Source: Camelus dromedarius (Eukaryota). Taken from it: a stretch of DNA of 64,000 bases. The stretch is from NCBI RefSeq assembly GCF_036321535.1, contig NC_087436.1:103852001-103916000 (forward strand). Direction: 5' to 3'. The position numbers and the translations under genes are program-made. Below, piece after piece: positions 11,809 to 25,516 of this stretch (positions are counted from its first letter, which is position 1; every line of letters starts with the position of its first letter). The notes under the pieces were generated by a model that worked only from the letters and a program-made list of their open reading frames with translations, was not told the DNA's origin and did no database searches.

Positions 11809-14476
11809 ATATTAGCCAAGAAGACTACATTTGCGTACCAGGATCTGGCAAACCTACTCTTGCAAATAGAATGCTAATGCATCCTTAACTCTTGATAAAA
11901 TATTAGCAGTGCTGTAGGTACATTCACTCATCTCCAGGAAACTGCGCTTAATGGATATAACTCCCTGACCTTTAAGCTTTTACTTATATTTTTCAAGCTG
12001 CCCCTGAGAGTCCTTATTCTGTTCCCATTTAGCCATTGGTCATGGGATAACAATGCTCTGTGATGTTAAGTAATTGCTCGCAACAGTCATCGCCCTCCAG
12101 GGTTTCTTTCTTCTCTAGAAAGATTGTGTCTCCAGGGTCAGAGGGACTGAGAGAGATCTTTAGTCTCTTCTGGCCTTCAGGCTGGAATGTACTTAAAAGC
12201 TGTCCCAAAGAAATAGAAATTTGAACTTCACTCAGTAACCCTTTCCAGTTTTCATCCACTACCCCTAGAAAGGAACTCTGCCTTTGTTTAATCAAAGGAT
12301 GTTTCATTGCGCTTAATTTACTTTCCTCTCCTTTTGTCTTCGGGGAAATGAGATATTTAGCCACCATGATTTTAAGTTCAAGAGCCTTTTGAAAACATGG
12401 AGATCCAATGCATAAACTCACTTTATTGAGCACCACATATATGACTGACACAGCGCTGGGAGTATAAAAGTGGACAAGTCTATTAGCTGGAAAGTAGAAA
12501 CTTATTTGTCAGTAATAACAAAATACCAACGTTTTCAAACAATATTTCTTGGCAAGAAATGCATTCCATAGTTTGTCTTTGAATCAACCTCAGAATAGTA
12601 GAGAAAATGATGTGTGACTGTGAAGTACCTCCTACTAGAAATCAACCAAAATTGAACCATCAGGGTCTGGAGGGACATTTTCACAGCCGTCTGTCAACTG
12701 GTTGTGATTGGCTGGACTAGATGGTTTGGAAGCCATCCTCAGCACCCTCCCAACCCAGTGCCACTGACAACAATTCCCTGGGTGACATCTTGGGTCAAGA
12801 ACTGAGCTAAGCGCTACAGCAGGAACAAAGAAGGGCAAGACTTGGTTTCAGGCTTCTGGAAACTAAAAGAGAGGCAGTCTCTTTCAGGAATGGTGATTAC
12901 GTCTCCCCCACACGTCACATCTTTTTGACTGATGGTGGCTGTGCTAAGTGCTATGTTGAGAATTATACAGCTTGGTCTAAGGTCAGTGAGAAATTACCAG
13001 GACTAATTAGCCATTTCTGCCAGGACACAGACTATGGGGGTGACAGTATGTTTTCCAGGTGTTTTCTTTCCCCATCTAGTATAGTAGACTGAGACTCTAC
13101 CCAGATGGGGGAAAATTACTTCTCTGCCTACCACTTTCCATTATCGAAGTTTCCTGGTCCAGAGATCAACTAGCAATGGCTGCCAGGGGCATGGGCAGTT
13201 CATTGGCATTATCCAGACATATTTACCAACCCCAACTCCAACTGCATAACAGCTGTAACACCAATCCAGAGTTAGCAAATAAGAAGAGGCCTTTCTTTCC
13301 TGGTTGCCTGGATCAAGAAGCATTTACTTAGTCTGCAGGAGAAAACAGATACAGCACCCACGGAGGAGCGTAATGCTAATTTTATAGACTGATAATTAAT
13401 CTACTTCTCTGATTAGCTCTGGGCAATTTTCATCACTCCTTTCTACTTTCAACCAAAAAGTAGATCTCCTTAAAGAGAACTTGTATTTGTCCACACAATG
13501 CTTATATTCATCCTCTGTTGCATGGATATGTTGAATGGATGTGGACACTCACAAAGCCAAGTTGGAAATTTGGATAGCTTTCTTTAATACAAAAGGTGAT
13601 ACCAGCCAACTTCCTGGGTCATCTAGCCCTCTAGATTCTGAGTAAGATTTTCTAAAAGGTTGTTTGGTTGCAGAACCAAACTGAACTCCATCACCAATTA
13701 ATCTCCTGATTGAAAAAGCTATGTTCAAGATCCAGCCTGATCACAATGTTGTTGATTAAAACAAGGACGAGTGATTTTGCTCTATTAACAAATATCCAGG
13801 ATTTTAGATGCAAACATTCTCACAATGAGTATAAAATAAAAGCTAAGGATCCTCTTCCTAGTGCAGGCTTCTGCTCCTAACTTTGGCTCCTACATAATAC
13901 GAAGTAGGAAAAAACAGTAGTCTTGGTATTTTTCAAAGCCAGAGGCAACTATATCAAAAAGATTGTAAGAAACAAGAAAAACATTAGCAGTAGAGAGGAA
14001 AAGGCAAAAAGTTAACCGACATATTGTTAAAACTCTCTGGTAGAAACAGAGAATATGAAAAAAGTGAAGAAAGGATATATATTCTCCAGTACTTCATGCA
14101 TACATCAATACCTTGTTAAGAATCTCAAGGTTTCTAGAATGTGGAAAAAAAAAAAAGCCCATTAAATCTACATGATGGAAGATGGGTTAAGAACAAAGTG
14201 ATGGAGGAAAGTAGCTACAAGGTAGAAGTTCATCTCACTATTGAGGGAAATTCTTGATACAGTTAGTAATTGGGGTTCTGGTGAGGAAGCGTCAAAGAAT
14301 TTATAAATAAGGAAAATAGGATTGGAGTTATGACTTTAAGACTAATGAAAAGGGGTCAGCGAAGAGGTAAGCAAAGTCAACCTAAGGAAATAGAATAACT
14401 ATGCAACTTACTCCCTTTATTCAGAGGCAAATTGAACAAGAAACATTTTGATTGTGATTTAATTTCCTAAGTAGTC

Positions 14477-14962
14477 TCTAGCGGGTTGAATTGTGTCCCC
14501 CAAAAAGATATATCCAAGTCCTAACAGCCAGTCCCTGTAAATGTGACCCTATTTGGAAACAGAGTTTTTGTAGATGCAATTAAATTAAGGGTCTCAAGAT
14601 GAAATCATCCTGGATTTAGAGTCATTGGATTTAATGTGTAGAATTTTGGACTCTACTGACTAGTCTCACTGGATTTATAATGGAAAGGAAGGAGAAATTT
14701 GAGGCACTGAGACACAAAAAGAAGGCCATGTAAAGATGGAGGCAGAGACTGGAGCCATACTGCCATGAACCAAGAAACACCAGGAGCCACCAAAAGCTGG
14801 AAGAGACAAGGAATGAGTGCCATGGGCCTCAGAGGGAATATGGTCTGGCCAAGACTTTGATTTTGGATTTCTGATCTCCAGAACTATGAGAGAAGAAACT
14901 TCTATTGTTTGAAGCCATCAGTTTGTGCTCATTTGTTGCAGCAGTCCTGGGAAACTAAAACA
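14477..14962 (+). mobile_element. MaLR solo LTR (MLT1C-like)
   Basis: gggttgaattgtgtcccccaaaaagatat...atttgttgcagcagtcctgggaaactaaaaca. 5-bp TSD with one mismatch, TAGTC (14472) / TGGTC (14963). Confidence 0.9.
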
Positions 14963-15087
14963 TGGTCTGCTTTAAGGAAAGAATGAAGTGACCTAGGGAC
15001 TCAGATGTGCAGCCCTTTAACAGTTACATACACCGCCACACATTTAAAAATTAGCGTTTGATTTCTGTACAGCAGTCTCATGCACTG

Positions 15088-15428
15088 GGTATATTAGGTG
15101 CAATTATGCTACAGTGATAAACAACCCCAAAATCTAAGTGCCTTAACATGCTACAAGTCCATCCAGGGCTGGTGGGGGATAGAGCTCTATAAATTCACTC
15201 AAGAGCTGAAAATTCACCCTGTTGTAGCTGTACTGTGTGGAATACAAGACCTCCTGAGCTGCAGCAGAAAAAGTGTGTATAGGAATTTCCCACCCTGAAG
15301 AGAAAAATACAACTTCTGTTCAGAGCCCACTAGCGAAAACTAGGCACATGGCCTTGCCTTACTGCAAGGACAATGGAAAATGTAGGCGAATAAATGAAAT
15401 ATTTTGTGAATATTACTTTTACTGCCAC
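15088..15428 (-). mobile_element. Old MLT1 LTR
   Basis: aaacaaccccaaaatctaagtgccttaaca...ctaggcacatggcc..actgcaagg..tgccaca. Confidence 0.65.
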
Positions 15429-17259
15429 ACTTTTGTAATGTAAATCCACATGGGTTAAAAAAAAGACTCTTCTTTTAGTAGACTCAACAAGGGAAACTAC
15501 TAAGTTTATGAGATTGAAGGTTAGTTTTTAAACTGTAGAGAATTTCTCTTATGTTTCTTAGGGGTATACCAGATAGCTTTCTCTGGCCATATAACTATCC
15601 TTCTATTTTAGTACTGTGTGCAAATAAAATATTTTAAAATTATTTCTAATTCCCATAGTCCAAAAATACTGAAGAAGCTCCACAAGTTTCATCCCAAGTC
15701 TAGCACTGGGATGAGGTTAATTCCCAACATGCCACAGCTTCTGGCATCATGGAGCATGTGTGCAAGCCATCCCACCTGCCCTCTCCTCCCAAGTACTGTA
15801 AAATTTTCATTCCCTGGGATTCTCAAGAAAGAAGGTATGCTGGGATGCTGAAATTCTTGTCAATTGCAGGACCAAGACCAAGAAAAATTTTACGTCAAAA
15901 CTTTACTACAAATTCTTTATGGAGTCTCTATTGTGACTTACTAAATGGAGTCAAATAAACAGAAAAGAATGTTTGGTATTCTGAATCATATAGTACCTAA
16001 GGGTCATCATTCTTAAGACGCACTACTCAGAGGGGGAAGCAAGAGAGAAAGACCATTCAGAGGGGCACAAACCATGGAAACTCTTCCAGATCTGTTCTCT
16101 CCTTCCAGAAATCACTTGGAGTCCCACCTTGCCTATTTTATCCAGATCTCAAGAGCCTGAACCCAATCCAAGTTTACTTCCCACAAATTTCAAACAATAA
16201 CAACAAAATCTGGATCCCAATAATTACCACTGAGTATGATTTAGAAGAAAAAAGTCAACACTCTTCAAATTATGATCTGTTGCAATTTCCAGCTGAGGTA
16301 AACAAGCTACACAAACACAGACGTTTGCAGAAAATTCTTCCTGTGCTGGTAAAAATGGGTTTTAATCTGATGCAGGAGGTCCTGGTGAGACTCCAGTATA
16401 ACATTTGGGTATTCCCTTAAGGGCAAACTTCCTTCTTGTTACTTAACTGTTATTTTTGTCTACAAATTGATAGGCACAGTCAACCTGAAGTTGGGATATA
16501 ATGGGTGAATGGGGAATTGGGACCTCAGAGGCTGGTGCACAAAGGAGGGAAGCCAGGTCAGTTCCAGAAGGCACTGTCAGTTCCCTGTATTGATGCCTTA
16601 AGGTCAGAAATAAATGTCTTGCTTTGCAAGGGAATTGGCCTAAAGGAAAAGCAAAGGAAATTTCATTTAACTTACAGAAAACCATCCCAAAGTGGTGGAT
16701 CATATTAGAAGAAATGCCATATGAAAACAGGAACTCTAGACACCTCTGCTTACTACCGTCATTCCATAGCGTCATTCGACACCACCATGATCAAGGTTCC
16801 AAATACTACTGCACAAAGCAGAGGAAACCAAACTCTGCTCCCCAAAGCCTGGCTAAACAGGTGACACTGACCTATATAATTGCTTAAACAGAACCATGAG
16901 TACTCCATGCATCAGTGGGTAACCTTCTCATGGTTAATTTAGACTTGAAAACAAGGCTCTTAATACTAAAGGTTCTGAACAGCCCTACATTAATAGGCAT
17001 TCTTACTCAATATTGACTTAATGGAAATAAATGTGTTGATTTGTCTTCTCAGCAAATTCTGATGAGGGTTTGAGAAATCCAAATGATAATCCAAATTTAA
17101 ATGACCCAGATTCATCTATTAGTAAATGATTACCAACTATCTATTGTGATAGACCAACCAGTGTCCCTCACTCTTATGTAGAAACAAGAGCCAAATCCTT
17201 TCGCTTTCATTTGATGATGTTAAGATTATATTAGTCTCACACCTGGACTGGCTAATGAG

Positions 17260-17675
17260 AACATTACATCCTCAGCTACCATGATGGGTCAGGGATGGAT
17301 GGATAAGCAATCCAAGTAAAACCAATGACTTTCGCAGGAAACACAGGGCGAGACAGAGACAGAGAAACGGAGAGAGAGGCTCTCTTGTCTTCTCACCTTC
17401 TGGCCCAGATTAGTCGGAGCCAGATCGCCACCAGGAAGAGAGGCCTGAGCTAGCAACCATAAAAACAAACCTTGGGAAGCAGAACTGAAGGATGGAGAAA
17501 TATCAGGACCTGAAAATCACCTGTGACATCAGTTGAGCCGGAATCCAGCCATACCCGAAGGTGACAACCATTAAACTTTTCAGGTACTTAAATCAATAAA
17601 TTCCCTTTTTTGTTTTTTGTTTAAATGATTTGCTAGGGATTTTTCTTATTCCATACTGAAATAATAAGACTTACA
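17260..17675 (+). mobile_element. Old MLT1 LTR fragment
   Basis: gagccggaatccagccatacccgaag...caataaattccctttttt resembles old MLT1 3' halves. Confidence 0.55.
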
Positions 17676-20460
17676 TAATTATGTTTCTAACACTGAAACT
17701 ATCTTTAAAACACAAAACACATAGGCTTTTCCCACAAGAAATTTATAGATAAAATAGCATACATGGTACCCAAGAGCAGACAATCATTGTTATGAATTAA
17801 ACAACCTGCCACTCTGATAAGTTTTCATGAAAATTAGGAAAATAGAGCCTGGCACATTATCGTAGTTCCATGGGAAAAGGAAATGGGGTTACCCAAGGTC
17901 CCATTTTTAATTCTGGCTACTGAGCACAAAAAGGACCTGTTCCAATGATGACTTGAGAATCTTGCAAGAGCAGATTTAGAGACCTTGAAACCTCCACACA
18001 CCACCATCACTTCTTGCTTTATTGTTCCTAGTGCATGGAGCTTTAGGTTCTGAATTCTAAGCTCTTCAGAGTGAAGACCTTGGCATCTCAGCTACACAAA
18101 GCACAAAGAATGCCAGAGATGCTATATAAATTATACACAGCAGCAGTGATGAGAGGAAAGGCATTATGAAGAAATTGTACTCCTCAGAGTTTTATGAATG
18201 TAATATTTCAAAGTAAAACTAGAAAATCTGGGAAACAATGTGCACTACATAAGAGTGGGAATACCGGGGAGTCAAGATCTGTGTTTCTAACATGTTATGA
18301 TTAACCTAGGCGTGGAAACCGAAATTTTATGATCTGGATCATTCTCCCTCCGTGGAAAAATGTCTTGTACTTATTTTTGTAAACTATATAGGAACTAATC
18401 TTCAGATTACAAGCCCAAATCTTTTCATGGAGCCATTTCTTCTATGTTCTCTATATTTAGAGAACTGGCATGTAAACGAATAAGATGAAAACTATACAAC
18501 ATTTTGAAAAGTACTCACAGTTTTGATGTTGTTTTTCAAAAAGTTGCAAAGATGTCATGTTACTTTTCAAAGTCTAACAAATAGAAAATGGCACAAGAGA
18601 AAACAGATCATTAGAGATATTTATAAAAGATAATAAAAAAGAGAGGTGTAGACATAAATTAATTGACTTTGCTATCCTCTGTCAAAAATTATTTGACATT
18701 TTCTCCTTCTATGTTCCTCCAGACCAGAGGAAAAAAAAAAGAGAGAGAGAGAGATTGAAATGAAATAATACAGATACTCAAAGGGTTGATATCTGTAACC
18801 TGTAAAATGCCCAAGTTACCACTCACTCCTTGTAACATTTAAGAAAGAAGGAAATTAGACTTTTCTTAAATAATAGCTTTGTTAAGATAAAATTCACATG
18901 TAACTGAAGTTCACCCTTTTAAACTGTACAACTCAGTGGTTTATAGTGTATTCACAAACTACTGAAACTTCAGGAAAATCTGTTTAGACATTAGCAATTT
19001 TTCCAATTCATTTAGGTTATCTGATTTGTTCGGCTTGCAAGTGTTCATAGTATTCCCTTATAAACTTTTTTTACTTCTATAAATCAGTAGTGATTTTCTC
19101 TCTCTATTGTTACTGATTTTAATAATTTGAATCTTCTCTCTCTTTTTGCTTTGTCAGTTAGCTTTAAGGTTTGTCAGTTTGGCAGGACTTTTCAAAGAAT
19201 AAACTTTTTGTTTTATAGATTTTCTCTAATGTTCTTATATTCTTTATTTCGTTTATTTCTTTCTTAGTTCTTATTGTTTTCTTCCTTCTGTTTGCTTTGA
19301 GTTAGTTGCTGTCTTTTTGCTTTTGTTTCTTAAGGTAGAATTTAGGAAATTGATTTGAGATCTTTTTATATTTTTAATATAGATGGTTTAATATAGGTGA
19401 TTTCATATACATGGCTAAAACTATCAAGCTAAGCAGTGATTTAGCTGTATCTCCTCTGTTTTGTTATGTGCATTTTAATTTTCATTCATCTCAAAGTATT
19501 TTCCAATTTTCTTTGTGATTTCTTCTTTGGCCCGTTGGTTATTTTGGAGTATGTTGTTTAATTTCCACATATTTATAAACCTCCCAAACTTCTTTCTATT
19601 ATGGATTTCTAATTCCATTCCATTGTGGTCACAGAACTTATTTTATATGATTTAAATTCTTTTAAATTTATTGAGGTTTGTTTTATGGCTTAACACATAG
19701 TCTATTCTAGATACTGTTGGGTGCAGTATTTCATAAATGTCTGTTAGGTCTAGTTGGGTTAGAGCATTTTTCAAGTCTTCTTCTGTTTCCCTATTGATCT
19801 TAAGTCAGGTTGTTCTACCCATTATTAATAGTGAGTTAGTAAACCCTCTAATTATTATTATTAGATTGTCTGTTTCTCCTTTCAATGCTGTCTGCGTTTG
19901 CTTCATGTATTTGGGGGCTTTTTTCTTAGGTACATGTATGTTTATAATTATTATGTCATCCTGATGGGTTTACACTTTTATCATTATAAAATGTTCTTTT
20001 CCTTTAGTAACAATTTTTGTCTTAAAGTCTATTTTGTCTGATAATATAACTACTTTAGCTCTCGTTTAAGTACTGTGTGAATGGTACATAATTTCCACTC
20101 TTCTACTTTCAAACTATTTGTGTCTTTGAACCTAAGTTTGTCTCTTTTACACAGCATATACTTGGATCATAGTTTTTTAATCCATTTTGCAAATATCTGC
20201 CTTTTAATTGGAAGATATAATCCATTTACATTTAGGGCAATTATTGATAAAGTAGGATGCATGTCCACCATTTTGCTGGAATTTCTTCCTGTGTATTTTA
20301 TGTCTTTTTTGTTCCTCTCTTTCTTTTTTGTGTGTTAGAGAGATATTTCTTGTATACTGTTTTAATTCATTAGTTGTTTCTTTTACTATATGTTGTGAAT
20401 TATTTCCTTAATAATTGAGGATTGTGTTCATGAGGATTACAATTAATATCTTAACTTAAA

Positions 20461-21076
20461 TCACCTCACACCAGTCAGAATGGCCATCATTAAAAAGTCC
20501 ACAATGATAAATGCTAGCGAGCGTGTGAAGAAAAGGGAACCCTCCTGCACCACTGATGAGAATGTAATTTGGTGCAGACATTATGGAAAACAATATGAAG
20601 ATGCCTTTAAAAACTAAAAACAGACCTACCATATGATCCAGCAATCCCACTCCTGGACACATATCCAGAGAAAATTCTAACTGGTAAAGATACATGCACC
20701 CCAATGTTCATACCAGACAGAGAAAGAAAAATACCATATAATATCACTTATATGTAGAATCTAAAAAAAAAAAAAAAAAGACACAAATGAACTTACTTAC
20801 AAAACAGAACCAGACTCACAGACATAGAAAACAAACTTACAGTTACCAAAGGAGAAGCAGGTAAAGATAAATTAGGAGTTTGGAATTAGCATGTAAAAAC
20901 TATTATATATAAAATAGATAAACGAGGTCCTACTGCATAGCACATGGAACTATATTTAATATCTTGTAATAATCTATAATGAAAAAGAATACATATAAAT
21001 GTATAACTGAATCACTATGCTGTATACCATAAACTAAAACAACATTGCAAATCAACAATACTTCAATTAAAAAAAA
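20461..21076 (+). mobile_element. Young 5'-truncated LINE-1 3' end with internal deletion
   Basis: tcacctcacaccagtcagaatggcc...cttcaattaaaaaaaa. Degenerate TSD aatatcttaacttaaa / aaaatctcaactaaa. The segment between 'atgttcata' and 'ccagacagag' (about 20712) is missing relative to the other copies. Confidence 0.92.
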
Positions 21077-21312
21077 TCTCAACTAAATACAGTCTGGTTA
21101 CACTAATACCAATTTAATTTCAGTAGTATGCAAAAACTTTGCCCCAATACAGTTCTATTCCCTCTGCCCTCCTCTGTACTATTATTGCCACACAAATCAC
21201 ATCTTTATACATTATGAGCTCACCAACACAGTTTTATAATTATTGTTTTATTCCATTGTCTCTTAAATCAAGAGAATAGTTACAAATGAAAATACACTTA
21301 AAATGTCTTTTA

Positions 21313-21510
21313 ATGTAGTACATATATACAGTGGAATACTATGCAGCCATAAAAAGGAATGAAATAATGTCATTTGTAGAAACATGGATGGACTTGGAGG
21401 GCATTATGCTAAATGAAATAAGTCAGACAGGGTGGGGGAGGGTATAGCTCAGTGGTACAGCACATACATAGCATGCATAAGGTCCTGGGTTCAATCCTCA
21501 GTACCTCCTC

Positions 21511-21567
<57 letters not shown>

Positions 21568-21961
21568 ACAAACAAACCTAATTACCTCTCCCCACCAAAA
21601 AAAGAAAAAAGTAAGCCAATAAAAATAAATAAATAAATTATTTTTAAAAATGAAATGTCAGACAGAAAGATATATACTGTATGGTATTGCTCATATGTGG
21701 AATCTAAAAAATACAAACTAGTGAATATAACATAAAAGAAGCAGACTCACAGATAGGACAAACTAGTAGTTACCAGTGCGGACAGGGAAAAGGGGTGGGG
21801 CAGTATAGGGGTGAGAGGTGGGAGGTACAAACTGTTGGGTGTAGGACCTACACCCAAGGATGTATTGTACAACATGGGGAATTTAGCCAATATTTTATAG
21901 TAAATGGTAAGTAGTCTTTAAAAATTGTATTAAAATTTAAAAAAAATTAAATTAAAAAAAC
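21313..21961 (+). mobile_element. 5'-truncated LINE-1 3' end (different subfamily 3'UTR), interrupted by a SINE
   Basis: ggaatactatgcagccataaaaaggaatgaaataatg... followed by an A-rich tail. 13-bp TSD aaaatgtctttta (21300-21312) / aaaatgcctttta (21962-21974). Confidence 0.9.
21431..21647 (+). mobile_element. tRNA-derived SINE, camelid Vic-1-like
   Basis: GGGGAGGGTATAGCTCAGTGGTA (A box), GGTTCAATCC (B box), (TAAA)n, CCTAATTACCTC and an A-rich tail. TSD aaatgaaataagtcagacag / aaatgaaat--gtcagacag. Confidence 0.9.
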
Positions 21962-22354
21962 AAAATGCCTTTTATATTTACCTAAATAGTTACCGTTATC
22001 AGTACTCTTTTTATTTATTCATGTGGATTCAAGTTAATGTATAATGCCCTTTATTTTGGCTCAAAGGACTTCATTTAGCGTTTCTTTTAAGTTGAAAATT
22101 AAATTGTAGAAATAAGACAACAGAATTGAATAGAAAAATAATAGAAATCACATTACATAACAAAATACAATCGAGATAGGTAAGTATTAGTACATAGTTG
22201 CCACTGTTTGCTTACTTCAGCATTTCTGATTTTTGATCTCTAGCAACGGGCCAGATATTTAGGTGGTGCCTCGTGTCACACGCCGCAGGTAACTGACAGA
22301 TGTTGTCCCTGCGATTCCCAAATATGAGCAAATATGATTCTAACAGTCGGTAAG

Positions 22355-22697
22355 AGAGATTATATTACAATAGCATAGTAAAACCAAAATCTCAATGGCT
22401 TAACCTTAATCTTAATTCACACTACCTATCCGGTAGTAGAGTGAGGTGGGAGGATATGCAGCCGTCACAGAGGCCCAGGCTGCTGGAGGCTTCGTCCTGA
22501 CAGGTGATTTCATGATCAACACCACCTGGGAAAGTAAATCTCTCATTGGCTCTTAAAGTTTCTACGCAGAAGCAATATCACTTCCACTCAGATTTCATTG
22601 GCTAAAACAAGTAACAAAGCCATCAGAGAGGTATAATCCTGTTACATATAGGAAGGAGAGAAGAGCCAGATATTTGTGACCAGCTGGACTGTCTACT
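22355..22697 (-). mobile_element. Old MLT1 LTR
   Basis: ccaaaatctcaatggcttaac...cacttccactcagatttcattggctaaaacaagt. Confidence 0.65.
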
Positions 22698-23571
22698 GCG
22701 CTGAGTCTTATCGCTTTATTCTTTATCATGATCATCCTTAATTTGATAAAGACTACTGAGAGCTTTATATATATATATGTTAGTTTTCAGAAGGCTGCTT
22801 AGCAAGTAAATACAGGAAAACCCACCTGGGAGTGTATTAAATTCTAATCATACTCTGTTTATTTCCCTAAAGAAATTCTAGTCAAATAAATTCCAGTAGG
22901 AGAATTCTGAGTTCTTCTGTTAAAGGTGGCAATGACAATAACCCTGGGGGTATTGTAGCCTATAATATCATTTGGTAAAAAGGGTTTAAGAGGCTGAGAT
23001 TCAGTGTATACAGGGAAAGGCAACCACCCCTCACTTCATCGGCATTCCCAGGAACAGGAGGCCTGGAGAAGTACCCGTAAAACCCCCAGCAGCTCACCCC
23101 CTTCTCTGCTCTGTGACCCTCTTCAACCAGCAGAACCACCCAAGTCACCCTCACCCTGCGAAGAACGTGAGTGGCACTCCCATTCTCCCTCTCCCCTCAC
23201 AATCTAATCGGCCCCTAAGCAAGGAAGCTGACGATGCCTGAGGCAGGGCTTTAAAGAGAGCCCGGAACTGGGCAAACAGGACTGTTCTACCCAGAAAGTA
23301 GCAGAGCCAGATGGTGCCAGGCTCCTGGAATGCAGTTTCCTGCCCAGAGTTTGCTCCGGTCCGCAGTCGCCTCATCTGTTCTCCAGATCCTGCTCTAGGA
23401 TCCCATCTTCCCATCTGTTGTTGATGCCTGCTCTATATGACCTTTACCTTCTCAGCCAGGGGCCAAGCCCCCTGGATGCATTTCTGGCACTGATACCTGG
23501 TTTCAGTCTCCTTAGGTCTCATGTCGAGGAAGGTACACCAGCTCCTCCCTCTGCAGTAATACAGAGTCCTT

Positions 23572-24200
23572 AATTCATTTTATCGCATGCAGGTAACAAC
23601 TAGGTACAGTGCTCCTACTGAGTGTCACACACTGTTCTGAGCACTGGGGACACAGGTGCACAAGACAGAGAGGATTCCCACTCTCAGGTAGCATGTGTGC
23701 TGTAAACAGAGGAAATGTCAATAGGAGACAGGTGGCTGGTGGGGTGTCTGACCACTTAAGACAGGTGGTCAAGGAAGACCTCTTGGAAGAGGTGATACTT
23801 GAAAGAGGAGAAAGAGCCAACCAGGCAGCAATGTGGGGGAAGAGAGTGAGAGTGGCACACTGCGGGAGAACAGCCAGTTCAAAGGCCCTGGGGCAGGATT
23901 GAGCTGTCTGTGAAAAGCAGAGGGATCTTGTGTGGCTGGAGCAGAGGGAAAGGGGGACTGGCAGGGGATGAGATCAGAGAAGTTCCTCAGGCACCAGATG
24001 TTCTAAGGGTTATGATTTATATGTGAAATTGGAAGACACTCAAAGCTTCGAGCAAGGAGAGTCATTTGCACTGATTTGGACAGATGTATTTTGAAAGATC
24101 GCTGTGGCTGCTGTGTAGAGGGCACTGGTGGAAATAGAGACCTAGCAGGGGGCAGCCGGATGGGAGGAGCTGAGGGCTTAGGTGGGGTGCCCCATGAAGA
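23572..24200 (-). mobile_element. LINE-2 (L2a-like)
   Basis: cactgttctgagcactggggacacag..ggtggtcaaggaagacctct..caaaggccctggggcagga..ttttgaaagatcgctgtggctgctgtgtagag. Confidence 0.85.
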
Positions 24201-24544
24201 TGGTGGTCCTCCCTGTAGTTGACTCACCCTCGTGGAGATCCTCCTCGCTTTTGCCCAGGCTGCCACAGCAGCCTGTCTACTCTCCAGTCACCCCTACATC
24301 AAATCAGCTCTAAATCCCGCCTGGTGATGCATCCTGAACCACAGCTGTGAAGACACTGATAAATATCTGTCCATCCCCAGGCTCACTTCACCTTATTCAC
24401 ACATCCCCATCACCCAGTTTGAACTGATGAAATGCATCTGCTGGAGCGTCCAGAAAACCATTGCTTTTCTGATACAGATAATAAGATTCAAGCTGACACA
24501 AGATCTTTCCCGATTTTCACCTGTGGTACAGACACCATGCCCAG

Positions 24545-24730
24545 AGGTGGAACCACATGTTAAGGAAGGTGAAGCACGGAGCTAGAAGGGGTCTGGTTCC
24601 CGATGGCACCTTTGAGCCCCCAAGCAACCCAGACAGCCTACCTCTGAACTCTGCCAGCCAAGGAAAATAAACCTCTATTTGGTTACAGCACTGTGGTTGG
24701 AGTTTTGTTAGGAGCAGCAGACCGCGTGTC
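24545..24730 (+). mobile_element. Old MLT1 3' fragment
   Basis: gaaaataaacctctatttggttacagcactg..gttttgttaggagcagc. Confidence 0.55.
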
Positions 24731-25349
24731 CTCACCAAAGCAAGGAGCTCAGGGAATTAATTCACCTGTAGCAAGAAGAGGCTTTAGTTCCAAGTGTATT
24801 GACCCTAAAACCAAAGGAGAATCAGGTTCTGGGGGAGAGATAAGTAACTACCCCGTGAGCGTTTTCAGGGACACAAACTCCTGACTTTCGGGAGGTAACT
24901 GCTAGGACCAGCACACACAGGCAGTTGCGCTGGTTGGAGCAGAGCACTGGACCAGAGCCCAAGGACGCAGCTCACCAGAGGGCTTCACTCTGGATGCCTG
25001 GCTTCCCTCCCTTAAGTCAGTGCATCACGGGAGCGCCTAGAGAAGTCTCCAAGCGTAAGCTCCAGAGCAGGCTCCCAAAGACAAACCCCATCTGTCAGCT
25101 GCCATGTATCAGAAGGGAAGCAGGTCTGGAACCCAGAGACAAGACTCGCCCTCCAGGATCCAAAAGACCCTTCGAGGTGAGACTGCAAGCGGTGATGGAG
25201 GCTGCGGGTCAGGCCGAAACAATGTTACAGACGTAGGGTGCTGGCCGAGATGCGCAGGCAGCATCCGAGAGGCCCAGCAGGTGGAGAAGGGAAGGTTTCT
25301 CAGCAGGGAGAGAGCAGCGTGCGTGCATCGGTAGGGGTCATGTTCAAAT

Positions 25350-25450
25350 ACAGATCCAGGTCAGCTGGTCTGGGGGAGGCCAAGGACCCTGCATTTCTAA
25401 CAAACTTAGAGGATGCCGAGGCTGCTGGGCATGTGACCACACTTTGACTA
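25350..25450. mobile_element. MER5A fragment
   Basis: ctgcatttctaacaaac..gatgccgaggctgctgggcatgtgaccacactttga. Confidence 0.7.
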
Positions 25451-25516
25451 ATAGGAGGGGGAACCCAGGGTTAGGAATTGGAGCCCCACGGGGGCAATGA
25501 GGAAGCTCCTGGGAGA

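Larger units (their letters stand above)
18860..22090 (-). mobile_element. Old LINE-1 (L1M-type), fragmented by two younger L1s and a SINE
   Basis: T-rich reverse L1 ORF2 5' region (tctgttaggtctagttggg, tttaatttccacatattt, ccattgtggtcacagaac) at 18990-20460, resuming at about 21080-21312 and 21962-22090. A reverse L1M 3'-end piece lies at 18860-18970. Confidence 0.8.

Noticed and set aside
21435..21507. Possible tRNA gene (A and B boxes, cloverleaf-like)
   Set aside because: It has degenerate stems, a SINE tail and a flanking TSD, so it is a SINE head rather than a tRNA gene.
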